Shown in pieces: positions 55,661 through 64,000 of a DNA stretch of 64,000 bases. Origin of the DNA: Phycisphaerae bacterium (GTDB taxonomy: Bacteria; Planctomycetota; Phycisphaerae; WQYP01); NCBI GenBank assembly GCA_035545015.1, contig DASZZD010000060.1, forward strand, positions 85 through 64,084. Direction: 5' to 3'. The notes below the pieces were generated by a model, which had not been told where the DNA came from, ran no database searches, and was given only the letters and a program-made list of their open reading frames with translations. Each line of letters opens with the position of its first letter. Position 1 is the first letter of the stretch. The position numbers and the translations under genes are program-made.

Positions 55661-56290
55661 TCACGCTGATGGCTGTGCCTGCACCGGAAATCCGATGGGA
55701 ACGTTGCCCACGTGAGCTTGGGCAAACGCGCGGAACTCATTGAGTTCCGCAGGCGAAGTGAAAGCCCGTTTCGGAAGTATATGCGCCCCCCGCGGAATCG
55801 TGAATAACAGAAAAGATGAGCGCGTTTCGATGAAGCGCATGAAATAATTCCACTGAAAGACCGACGTGGCGCCGGGCTCCTGCACCGTGAGTTGACCGTC
55901 CGTAATCTCCGCCGTCTTCGGTTCGCCGACCCTCAACACCTGCGGCGCAAACCGGCGATAAAGAAACTTCGATCGCCCCACCCAGATCACGAGCCCCGCA
56001 ACCATGATGAAAAAAACCGGAAAGGGCAGCATCTCAAGGATCGCCTGGCCCGGCGGGATGGGTGGGGGCGCAGGCGCCGCCGCCGCGCCGGGTGCCGAGG
56101 GAGGTGTCACCAGCACCATGAAGCAGATAAAGATCACCATGATCAGGACCAGGGCTCCCCAGAAAATCAGCCGGGGCGACCGCATCCCGCGCGCATTGCG
56201 CGGTGTGAGCGAGCGCCGGTGCTTCATGTACGCAAACTGAAAGTCGCAATAGTCGTCAGGCGTCAGCGTGAATTGCAGCCGGATGTCCAT
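55661..56290 (-). CDS. YcxB-like membrane protein
   Basis: 209 aa. N-terminal LTPDDYCDFQFAYMKH, two TM helices, and a C-terminal beta-rich domain ending ILPKRAFTSPAELNEFRAF, as in YcxB-family proteins. Confidence 0.6.
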   Translation of the reverse strand: MDIRLQFTLTPDDYCDFQFAYMKHRRSLTPRNARGMRSPRLIFWGALVLIMVIFICFMVLVTPPSAPGAAAAPAPPPIPPGQAILEMLPFPVFFIMVAGLVIWVGRSKFLYRRFAPQVLRVGEPKTAEITDGQLTVQEPGATSVFQWNYFMRFIETRSSFLLFTIPRGAHILPKRAFTSPAELNEFRAFAQAHVGNVPIGFPVQAQPSA

Positions 56291-56311
56291 ACACCGCGTC
56301 TCCCTTGGGAA

Positions 56312-56998
56312 TCACACCCCCCCATCCTTCCACCAGCTCGCCGTCCAATGATGCCGCGCATACGCCTCCGGGTACTGATCCCACTCCCGCTGCGGCTCCG
56401 TGTAGTAATACGGATAAAACACCCGCCAATCAAACCCATACACCTGCCGCGAACCATCCGCCGACGACACCCGCAGCCGCCGCCTCATCCCCCAATCCCA
56501 CTCATACCGCCGCTTCTCCCCGAGATACGCCTCAAGCTCCCGCTTCAAAAACCGCGGCCCCGTCTTGTCCACGATGTCCCCCTCCCCTCTGAACGACTCC
56601 GGCAACTTCTTCACCAGGTGCTCGAAAAACCCATCCCCCGCCGCACACCCCAAGATCGCATTGCACGGCGTGTCCGGCCGCTCGTCCCCATAAAACGCAT
56701 TCACCCCCTCCAGCAACTCCCCAATCGGCCGCAGCGGCTCCACATCCGAATCCACATAGATCCCCCCGTGCTTCCAGCAAATCTCATATCTCAAGATGTC
56801 ACTCTTCGCCGCCATCTTGTCCGCCCCCTCAAACTCCTTCCGATTCACCAGCGCCGGCAACCGCTCATCCCTCCACCACTCCACCCGCCATCCCGGATTC
56901 AAGGCAACCCAGCGCTCCGCCCACTCCCGAAACTTCCCCGGTATCGGCTTCGATCCCAGCCAGATCTGATGAAACACCTTCGGTATCAACAACGCCAT
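56312..56998 (-). CDS. family 32 glycosyltransferase (OCH1/Gly_transf_sug-like)
   Basis: IPKVFHQIWLG, AKSDILRYEICWKHGGIYVDSDVE (DXD). Start set at ATG 56996-56998. Confidence 0.75.
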   Translation of the reverse strand: MALLIPKVFHQIWLGSKPIPGKFREWAERWVALNPGWRVEWWRDERLPALVNRKEFEGADKMAAKSDILRYEICWKHGGIYVDSDVEPLRPIGELLEGVNAFYGDERPDTPCNAILGCAAGDGFFEHLVKKLPESFRGEGDIVDKTGPRFLKRELEAYLGEKRRYEWDWGMRRRLRVSSADGSRQVYGFDWRVFYPYYYTEPQREWDQYPEAYARHHWTASWWKDGGV

Positions 56999-57035
56999 CA
57001 CGCTCTCCACTCTCCCCCACCCGCTGCACGCCGCC

Positions 57036-58161
57036 TCACTCCCGCTTCCCCGCCCGAATAACAATGTCGTCTTTCTCATTCAAAATATCATCCGACCCCC
57101 CATCGTCCTTCCCGTTAAACCCGACGGAATACAGCAGGAACCCGTCAGAAGTCCTACGATAAATCAAAGCCTTCCCGGAAAACGGATCGGAAGCATCGAT
57201 CGGCGAAGCGAGCGCGGCGAGCGTCTCCGGATACTCCCTGTGCCCGAGCCGATAAGTCGCCATATCGACCGCAAGCTCCGCCAGCCGCCGATAGACATGC
57301 TCGCGCTCCACCAGTTTGTCCACCCGCGCACCCACCGCCGGATCAGGACCAAACAACATCGCCAGCCGCCGTGAGTACGCCTCCCGCGATTCCTCCGGGC
57401 CCATCTTCAAAAACGCCTCCACCGCCGCTTTGCCAACCTCCGGCCGCGAAGAACCCTCCGCCACCATGCTCAGTGGCGCCTTCGCCTCCTCGAACGCCGG
57501 CTCGCGCTTCGCATATGCCGCCTGCCGCTCTGCATACGTCGGCAACTTCTCAATGTCTCCATACGCCGCCGCCGCCCCGTTCAACGCGCGCAAAAGCACG
57601 TCCCAATCCGCCTTTGCCAAATCCCCTTCATCCACCGTTTCCCCCGGATTAATTATCGCCGCCGGATCAAGCACCTTCGTCCCCTCCCCGCGAATGCACA
57701 TCATCACGGAATCCAGCGACAGGTATTTTTCCATATCAACCTCGAACGTCATCGCATTCCGTGGATCCGCCAAATCCCCCCGAATCTCCTGCAACTGCGC
57801 CCCCGTGATCTTCGGCGCCGTCGCCAGCCCCGCCGCCGCCTGATCCGCCACATTCGCCAGGGCCAACGCAATCAATTCATCGATCTCCGTCCCCTCCTGG
57901 GTGGTCAGCCGCGCCAACCGCCACATACGCCCAATATCCTCCCGCGCCCCCTTTCGTCACCCCCTTCGACAGCTCCCCATTGATCACCGCCACATAATCA
58001 ATCGTCCCATCTGCCCGCACCGGGCCACTGACCACCGTCGTCTCCGCCCCCACCGTATACGGCCGCGCCGCCGGCCCCGCCCCCTCGCAAACCGCCACCG
58101 CCCCAACCCCCAGAACCACCGCCCAACCCACAATCCACCGCATCACAACACTCCTCCTCAT
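57036..58161 (-). pseudogene. shorter, frameshifted paralogue B of 54046..55561
   Basis: 57877..58161 encodes the signal peptide plus AGPAARPYTVGAETTVVSGP...LSKGVT. 57036..57926 encodes the rest (...DPFSGKALIYRRTSDGFLLYSVGFNGKDDGGSDD). The frames join at a C5 run (57947-57951). About 150-190 residues present in A are missing. Confidence 0.7.
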
Positions 58162-58242
58162 CCCCCAACCTCCCCATCCCCATCAACCCCACCTCGCACC
58201 CTTCATACCGTCATCCCCAACCCAACAACCCCCCCTAAAAAA

Positions 58243-58389
58243 AACCATCGCCGTCCATCCGCATCCATCGGCGGCTCCTACCCGTCCACTCAACAGCCCC
58301 CCGCACTATTCGTGTCAATTTGTGAACATTCGTGGACAACTCCCGTCGTCGTCTTTCGTGCCTTTCGTGTTTTTCGTGGCCATTTACCG
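58243..58389 (-). repeat. composite repeat element, copy 7 (long form); its terminal motif contains the uxaE-like stop codon
   Basis: ...CCATCGGCGGCTCCTACCCGT...ATTCGTGTCAATTTGTGAACATTCGTGGACAACTCCCGTCGTCGTCTTTCGTGCCTTTCGTGTTTTTCGTGGCCATTTACCG. Confidence 0.85.
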
Positions 58390-59679
58390 TCCTCCCTCCA
58401 TCCCCCGGTTTAACGCCTCCAGATGCTTCGCAAAATGCTCCGTCAACACCTCCGTAAACGTCTCCGGATGCGCCCGCAAAACCTCCTTGATCCGCCGCGC
58501 CAGCTCCCCATTCGTCAGCGTGCTCCCAAACGTGCAATGCAGAATCTGCCGCCCCGGCTCCGTGAATCCCGCCCCCGCCTTCACATCCGGCCACATCTCC
58601 AAATACAGCCGCTCCAGCTCCCGCCCATCCTTCACATCCTTGGGCGCCGGCACCTTGCTCACTTCCGCCGACACGTGATACGTCGCCTTGTCCACGTCAT
58701 ACCGCCCCCGCGCAAAATCGATCAGCTCCCGGAACAGCTTCTCATCATGCCGCGCCACCACCCGCAGCATCTCCAGATACGACGTCCCCGCCGTCTTCAC
58801 ATGCCACTTCCCCTTCGTGACCCGCGCGAACGGCGTGTAAATCGACAGCTTGTCCGACCCCGAATGCAGCGACAATTTATACGGCCCCAAATCCTCCATC
58901 ACCGCCACATGATCCGCCAGCGACTTCTCAAACGCCTTCACGTCCCCCTTGTAATCCACCCCCTTCTCAAAATCCCCAATGTACCGCGGCGCCAGCGACA
59001 CCAGCTTCATCCCCTTCGACAGCACCTGCTGCGCAATGATCCAATGCTCCGCCAGCGTCGTCGGCTGCGGCGTCTCATCCACCGACAACTCAATCTCATA
59101 ATCCTTCCCCGATTTCTGATGCACCCCTGCAATGTGCTTCGCCATCCGCGTCGCACGGTTGATCGCCCGCCCATACTTCACCGCCGCTCGCTTCACCGCC
59201 TGCTCGTTCAAATCGATTGTCGTCCCCGTCTTCAATTTCACCGTCTTCCCCCGATACTGCTCCACCCAATCCACCTCCGCCTTCACCGCCTCAAACTTCT
59301 CCGCCAGCCTCCCCCCATCGTAATTGTCCGCCTGCGGATCCACATCATCCGACGGATCGATCGTGAAAAACGTGAACCCCGCCGCCGCCGTCCGATCCAC
59401 ATCCTCCGGCGTCTTCAAATGGTCCGCATCCGCCCCATGCTGCCCCGTATACCCCGCCGCCTCCATCGCCCGCAACGCATCCCCCATCACCTGCTCCGGC
59501 GTCCGATTCGTCCGCGTCATCTCCCGAATCGACTGCTGCGCAAAAATCGGCTTGATCCCCCCGCCCGCCTTCCGCAACGCCGCAATATGCCCCGCCGTCG
59601 CCAACCCCGTCCGATCCCCAAACCCAAACGAAGCCGCCAACCCCAAAGGTGTCGGTGCCGGAACTTTCGAATTCGCCAT
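58384..59679 (-). CDS. tagaturonate/fructuronate epimerase (UxaE-like) family protein
   Basis: 431 aa from ATG 59677-59679. SFGFGDRTGLATAGHI, KPIFAQQSIREMTRTNRTPEQV, GADADHLK, SVDETPQPT, LSLHSGSDK. Family recalled by eye. Confidence 0.6.
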   Translation of the reverse strand: MANSKVPAPTPLGLAASFGFGDRTGLATAGHIAALRKAGGGIKPIFAQQSIREMTRTNRTPEQVMGDALRAMEAAGYTGQHGADADHLKTPEDVDRTAAAGFTFFTIDPSDDVDPQADNYDGGRLAEKFEAVKAEVDWVEQYRGKTVKLKTGTTIDLNEQAVKRAAVKYGRAINRATRMAKHIAGVHQKSGKDYEIELSVDETPQPTTLAEHWIIAQQVLSKGMKLVSLAPRYIGDFEKGVDYKGDVKAFEKSLADHVAVMEDLGPYKLSLHSGSDKLSIYTPFARVTKGKWHVKTAGTSYLEMLRVVARHDEKLFRELIDFARGRYDVDKATYHVSAEVSKVPAPKDVKDGRELERLYLEMWPDVKAGAGFTEPGRQILHCTFGSTLTNGELARRIKEVLRAHPETFTEVLTEHFAKHLEALNRGMEGGR

Positions 59680-59877
59680 AACCATTCCTCGCCAATCCAA
59701 GTGCACGATACAACCCACCCCCAAACCCGCATCCTACCCGAACCCCGCCCCCGCGCCTCCCCTCCACGCCAAGTAACCCCGATTCCAAAAGGACTCCCCC
59801 AAATTCTCCCAGCGCCTTCGTATGACTATCTCGAAACCTCTTCCTTTGCCGACAAGATTTTCCCGCGCAATCCAATC

Positions 59878-60026
59878 ATCGGTGTCCATCGGCGTCCATC
59901 GGCGGCCCCTTCCCGTTGCACGCAATCCCACGCCCCAAATTCGTGTAAATTCGTGTCCATCCGTGGACAAATTCCCGTCGTCTTCTTTCGTGTCCTTCGT
60001 GCCTTTCGTGGCCATTTACGTCGTCG
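59878..60026 (-). repeat. composite repeat element, copy 8 (long form), same orientation as copy 7
   Basis: ...TCCATCGGCGTCCATCGGCGGCCCCTTCCCGT...AAATTCGTGTAAATTCGTGTCCATCCGTGGACAAATTCCCGTCGTCTTCTTTCGTGTCCTTCGTGCCTTTCGTGGCCATTTACGTCGTCG. Confidence 0.85.
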
Positions 60027-60237
60027 CGGGGGGGTCGTCGTCGTCGTTGCTCCCTGCCCTCCATGTCCTTCGTGGTTAATTTTCGGTTACCCCCGCCGCG
60101 ACGTGGCCCTTCGCCTCCTCGCCCCTTCTTCAGTCTGGACCCCCGAGGAAAGACGCTTCCGCTCCCCGCAAAAAAATCCCTCCCGCAATTGAACCGCCCC
60201 CGCCTCCGCCCAGACTATATCCCCATCAGGAGCCCCC

Positions 60238-60783
60238 TTGCCTAGCGAAACCGAAAAACTCCGCACCCAACTCCTCGTCCTCCGCTGCATGCGCGACGAC
60301 CCCTCCGCCTGGCCCGAACTCGTCGCCGCCTGGGAACGAAAAATGCTCTACTACATCTCCCGCCTCGTCCCACGCCACCACGACGCCTACGACATCCTCC
60401 AGCAAGTCTGGTTTGCCGCCTATCGCGGCATCGGTCGCCTCGACGACCCCCGCGACTTCTCCCCCTGGATCTACCGCATCGCCCGCAACAAGGCCATCGA
60501 CCACCGCCAGCTCCGCCTCCTCAAAACCACCGACGCCGCCGACGACCTGCCCACCTCCGACGACCACGCCCAGGACCGCTTCGACAACGCCGAGGCCCTC
60601 CACCTCGCCCTCGATCGCCTCTCCATCGCCCACCGCGAAGTCCTCACCCTCTACTTCCTCGAAGATTTTTCCGTCGACCAGATCGCCCGCGTCCTCGAGG
60701 TTCCCCCCGGCACCGTCAAATCCCGCCTCCACCACGCCAAACGCGATCTGCGCCAGCTCTTGGAAAATCAGGAGAACCCATGA
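60238..60783 (+). CDS. ECF-type RNA polymerase sigma factor
   Basis: Region 2 FSPWIYRIARNKAIDHRR. Region 4 EVLTLYFLEDFSVDQIARVLEVPPGTVKSRLHHAKRDL. TTG start with AGGAG 5 nt upstream. Confidence 0.88.
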   Translation: MPSETEKLRTQLLVLRCMRDDPSAWPELVAAWERKMLYYISRLVPRHHDAYDILQQVWFAAYRGIGRLDDPRDFSPWIYRIARNKAIDHRQLRLLKTTDAADDLPTSDDHAQDRFDNAEALHLALDRLSIAHREVLTLYFLEDFSVDQIARVLEVPPGTVKSRLHHAKRDLRQLLENQENP

Positions 60784-61367
60784 CCCGCGACCACCAGACT
60801 CTCCAATCCCGCCTCGTCGCGCAACAACCCATCGACGAAGCTTCGTTCCAGAACTACCGCCACGCCGTTGACCAAATGTTCATCGAAAAGCTCGGCCCCG
60901 CCCGCCGCACCCATCTGGCGATTCGCATTCTCTTCGGCCTCGCCATTGCCGGCTATATCGTCTATGACCTTGCGGCAAATCGAACCCAGCCCCTGCATCA
61001 CCTCATCATCGACGCCGTCATTGTGCTCGTGGCGATTGTCTGGAGCGCCTACCTCCTGCGAGACTTTCTCAATGCCTCTATGGACCGCCGCAAACGTGGA
61101 AAGATCCAGGCATTCCTCCAGCTCGGCCTGATCGTCATCATCGCGGCCGCCACCTTCATCGCCGCCGCCGCTGCACCTGACACCCTCCAATCCATCCGCG
61201 TCCTCACCGCCGGGGCCGTGTTCCTTGTGATCGTCTCCGTCCTTCACCTCCGCGGCCAGATCCGCAACGCCCGCATGGACCTCGAACAGCGCAACCTCGA
61301 ACTGCAACTCCGCATCGCCGCCCTCACCGAATCACTCACCCGAAAGGAATCCCATGAAAGCCTTTGA
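60780..61367 (+). CDS. putative anti-sigma factor / membrane protein
   Basis: 195 aa. ATGA overlap with the sigma gene. Four TM helices and a C-terminal coiled-coil-like tail. Confidence 0.6.
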   Translation: MTRDHQTLQSRLVAQQPIDEASFQNYRHAVDQMFIEKLGPARRTHLAIRILFGLAIAGYIVYDLAANRTQPLHHLIIDAVIVLVAIVWSAYLLRDFLNASMDRRKRGKIQAFLQLGLIVIIAAATFIAAAAAPDTLQSIRVLTAGAVFLVIVSVLHLRGQIRNARMDLEQRNLELQLRIAALTESLTRKESHESL

Positions 61368-62619
61368 TCGCGCCACGCTGCTTGTCTCGGCGATGTTCGC
61401 ATGCAGTCTCTTCACGTCGCCGCCACTTTTCGCGAACGCAGCCGCACCGGCCTCGCAGCCAACCCCCGCCGCTACCCAGCCCGACATCTCCCCCGAGGCC
61501 CGGGCTCAACTCGCCGCCCTTCGCGCCGCCTACAGCAACCTCCACGCTATCCAATTCACCGGCACCCTCTCCGGCAACCTTACTGCCGGCGGAAAACAAC
61601 AGCCGCTCCACTACCCATTCGACACCACCTTCCTCTCCCCCAGCCAGTTCCGGCACACCCCCAAGGCCGGTGCCGACGGCTCCGCCAACATCTCCTTCGG
61701 TGGCACCGGCGCTTTCGCCTACATGCTGCTCACCGGTCCAAAAGGATCCGGTTACCTCTCTGAAAGCCCCGCCGTCGCCGCCGACCAGATCGCCGACCAC
61801 CGCGGCCAACTCGCCACGGCCATGTGGCGCCTTGATCCGGCCCTCGCCCTGTGCATCGCACCCGGCAGCGGCGTATCTCTCGCCCCCGACGCCCGACGGA
61901 TCCACACCGCGCCCGATGTGCTCATCGACGGCCATCCCTTCAGCGCCGTTATCTACGACTGCCCCGCCAGCCAGGTCGTGCTCCTGCTCGATCAGAAAAC
62001 TCATCTCGTCCGACGCATCTCCACGACCATCCCGCCGCGTCCCGGCGCCACGGGAGTTGCCGCCGTCGCCGGCGTCATTGTCTGCGACTACCCCAGCACC
62101 ACCCTCAACGCCGCGCCCCTTCATCAATCCTTCGACTGGACCCCGCCCCCCGGCGCCCAGCAACTCCTCCAGCCCGCCGAGGTCGCCGACAAATTCCAGG
62201 GCCGGCCCGCCCCCGATCTCACCTTCACCTGCCTCGACGGCACCCGCGTCACTCTCTCCGCCCTCAAGGGCCACGTCGTCGTCCTCGATTTCTGGGCCAC
62301 CTGGTGCGTCCCCTGCATCGCGAGCATGCCGGCCCTCCACAAACTCCACGAGGAAAACCAATCAAAGGGACTCGAAATGTTCGCACTCGACGCCGGCGAA
62401 AAGCCCGACGCGGTAAAAGACTTCATCGCCAACAAACAGATGACCCTGCCCGTGGCCATCGACGACGGAACCGCCGCCAAAGCCTACGCCGCCGACGCTC
62501 TCCCCGAAACCGTCGTCATCGGCAAGGACGGCAGGGTCGAGCAAGTCTTCGTCGGATTCTCCGCCGATTCTGAAACGCGCCTTCGCACCGCCATCCAACA
62601 TGCCCTCGCACAACCCTGA
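61354..62619 (+). CDS. secreted two-domain protein: LolA-like N-domain + TlpA/ResA-like thioredoxin domain
   Basis: 421 aa. Signal peptide. C-terminal VVVLDFWATWCVPCIASMPAL (WCxxC) and PETVVIGKDGRV. 14-nt overlap with the upstream gene. Confidence 0.8.
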   Translation: MKAFDRATLLVSAMFACSLFTSPPLFANAAAPASQPTPAATQPDISPEARAQLAALRAAYSNLHAIQFTGTLSGNLTAGGKQQPLHYPFDTTFLSPSQFRHTPKAGADGSANISFGGTGAFAYMLLTGPKGSGYLSESPAVAADQIADHRGQLATAMWRLDPALALCIAPGSGVSLAPDARRIHTAPDVLIDGHPFSAVIYDCPASQVVLLLDQKTHLVRRISTTIPPRPGATGVAAVAGVIVCDYPSTTLNAAPLHQSFDWTPPPGAQQLLQPAEVADKFQGRPAPDLTFTCLDGTRVTLSALKGHVVVLDFWATWCVPCIASMPALHKLHEENQSKGLEMFALDAGEKPDAVKDFIANKQMTLPVAIDDGTAAKAYAADALPETVVIGKDGRVEQVFVGFSADSETRLRTAIQHALAQP

Positions 62620-62737
62620 ACCAACCGAATCAGCTTGAACTCCCGGTATCCCTCCAAAGCGTTCCCCCGGTCGTGGCTCCATGCCCGCCGTGTTTATTTA
62701 AAAGCCCCTCCCCGAACGGAACGCCCGCAAACCCACC

Positions 62738-62782
62738 ACCATTTATGCAAATTTGTGCCTATTTGTGGGCAATTCCGTCTGT
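62738..62782 (-). repeat. partial composite repeat (CACAAA half), 3' of 62809..63936
   Basis: CCATTTATGCAAATTTGTGCCTATTTGTGGGCAATTCCGTCTG. TGTGGGCAA is the reverse complement of TTGCCCACA. Confidence 0.65.
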
Positions 62783-62808
62783 CCCCGCCCCCGCCCCCCC
62801 CTCCGCCC

Positions 62809-63936
62809 TCACGGCATCCCCCGCACCCCCTCCCGCATCTTCTCGCTCATGTCTGTCACCTTCACCTTCTCCCCGCCCGCCGGCGCACTCGCCGCATCAT
62901 GCACCGTCCCATCCGCATCAATCACCCGCCACCCCGCCTTCCCCGCCGGCTTATACCACAGCACCGCCTTCCCCTTCGTCCCCACCGCCACCCCATGCCC
63001 ATCATACGTCCACCCCGTCCCATACTTCGTACCCCCCATCACCATCCAGGCCCGCGCCAGCGGCGCAATCTCCGCCGCCACCGCCTGCCGCGCCTCCGGC
63101 GTCTGACCCGCCGCCCCCTTCGCCTGCACCGAATCCTTCATCATCTCCATCACCGACTCCATATCCACCCGCGCCGGCAACACGCCCCCATTCACTTCCC
63201 CCACCACCCGCAGCATCTCCACCACATCCTTCTCCCCCATCCCCGCCACATCTAGCGCCGACTTCGTCACCGTATACCCCGCCGGCGCACGAAACTCCGC
63301 CAACCCCGCCGGCACCACCGGATTCCAGTCAAAATCGCTGTACGTGTACCGCGCCCCCACCCCCATCGCCTGCGTCGCCATCGTCACCAGCACCGGCTTC
63401 TCCGTCTTCTCGTCCGCCCAGATCTCATACGTCTGCCCCCCCCCCGCCCCCGCCTTTACCGAAAATCCCCGCGCCTTCACCCCCTCCACCTCCTTCTCCC
63501 CAAGCGCCTCCTCCCCCTTCGTCCCCAACCCCTGAAACATCGTCAACAAATTCGGCACCTGCTCCGCCCCCGCCGCCGCCCCGCCCACCATCCCCGAATC
63601 CTTCGAATCAATAATGATCGCCTTCTTCGCCTCATCATCCAGCATCATCATCTCGATATGCCCCGGCGACGCCTTCAACACCGTCCGCTTCGTCCCATTC
63701 TGCGTGATCGACCACCCCTCCTCCGACATCACCACGTTGCTCGTCACCGTCCGCGTCCCCTTCTCCCCCAGATCCATCTCCATCTTCACCTTGCACCCCA
63801 CCACCTTCGCCGCCTTCACCTGCTCCACCACATCCGCAAACGCCACCCGTCCCCCGCCCCACGGCGCCATCACCACCCCGACTCCCACCGCCGCCGCCAA
63901 TGCCGCCGCCACCGCCGTCCGTCGCACCATCTTCAT
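62809..63936 (-). CDS. secreted hypothetical protein (LolA-like fold plausible)
   Basis: Signal peptide MKMVRRTAVAAALAAAVGVGVVMA (ATG 63936; the ORF track starts at 63966). Lys/Glu/Gly-rich beta-looking protein, convergent with the ECF module. Confidence 0.6.
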   Translation of the reverse strand: MKMVRRTAVAAALAAAVGVGVVMAPWGGGRVAFADVVEQVKAAKVVGCKVKMEMDLGEKGTRTVTSNVVMSEEGWSITQNGTKRTVLKASPGHIEMMMLDDEAKKAIIIDSKDSGMVGGAAAGAEQVPNLLTMFQGLGTKGEEALGEKEVEGVKARGFSVKAGAGGGQTYEIWADEKTEKPVLVTMATQAMGVGARYTYSDFDWNPVVPAGLAEFRAPAGYTVTKSALDVAGMGEKDVVEMLRVVGEVNGGVLPARVDMESVMEMMKDSVQAKGAAGQTPEARQAVAAEIAPLARAWMVMGGTKYGTGWTYDGHGVAVGTKGKAVLWYKPAGKAGWRVIDADGTVHDAASAPAGGEKVKVTDMSEKMREGVRGMP

Positions 63937-64000
63937 ACTCCACCAACCTTTCTGCTTGGATCCCATCGCGGACCCGGCCCTCGCCGCGCCCGCGCCTCCA

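Overview
This is a high-GC bacterial chromosomal segment of about 60 protein genes. I found no rRNA, tRNA or CRISPR array by eye. The gene content hints at the PVC superphylum (Planctomycetota/Verrucomicrobiota): a PEP-CTERM protein, an ECF sigma/anti-sigma pair, HTH+TM proteins, GspG-like C-terminal motifs and a giant LptC/LptA-like protein. That taxonomic call is inference only.

Recognisable blocks:
- bioF and an HU/IHF-family gene.
- kdsD(kpsF), a decayed TA relic, kdsC and a giant Lpt-like gene.
- A P450 operon.
- Four apparently intact type II toxin-antitoxin pairs: VapBC, MazF-like, HigBA and ParE-like.
- phoH, a GT2 gene, spoVG, gltX, trmB and uvrD.
- A frameshifted asnB, then rnd, an M42 peptidase and sugE.
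- gltBD fused onto a reductive pyrimidine-catabolism cluster (dihydropyrimidinase, preA, carbamoyl-amidohydrolase).
- A radical-SAM/dinB pair.
- Two frameshifted paralogous secreted-protein genes bracketing a YcxB-like gene and a GT32 gene.
- A UxaE-like epimerase.
- An ECF sigma / anti-sigma / TlpA-like module.

Signals not explained by the gene list:
1. There is an extremely strong strand-composition asymmetry. Its polarity flips sharply inside an intact bioF (~2.3 kb) and flips back diffusely across ~21.5-31 kb.
2. A dispersed composite repeat family of ~85-150 nt is built from phased CACGAA/CACAAA hexamers. It carries a DnaA-box-like TTGTCCACA and usually sits right after stop codons.
3. 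GTCAGTA-type heptamer arrays place stop codons in all six frames.
4. Four independent frameshifts all lie at G/C homopolymers, including a 14-nt run in asnB.
5. An orphan 423-aa helical protein has a central hydrophobic hairpin.

No database searches were run. All family calls rest on motifs read from the translations.
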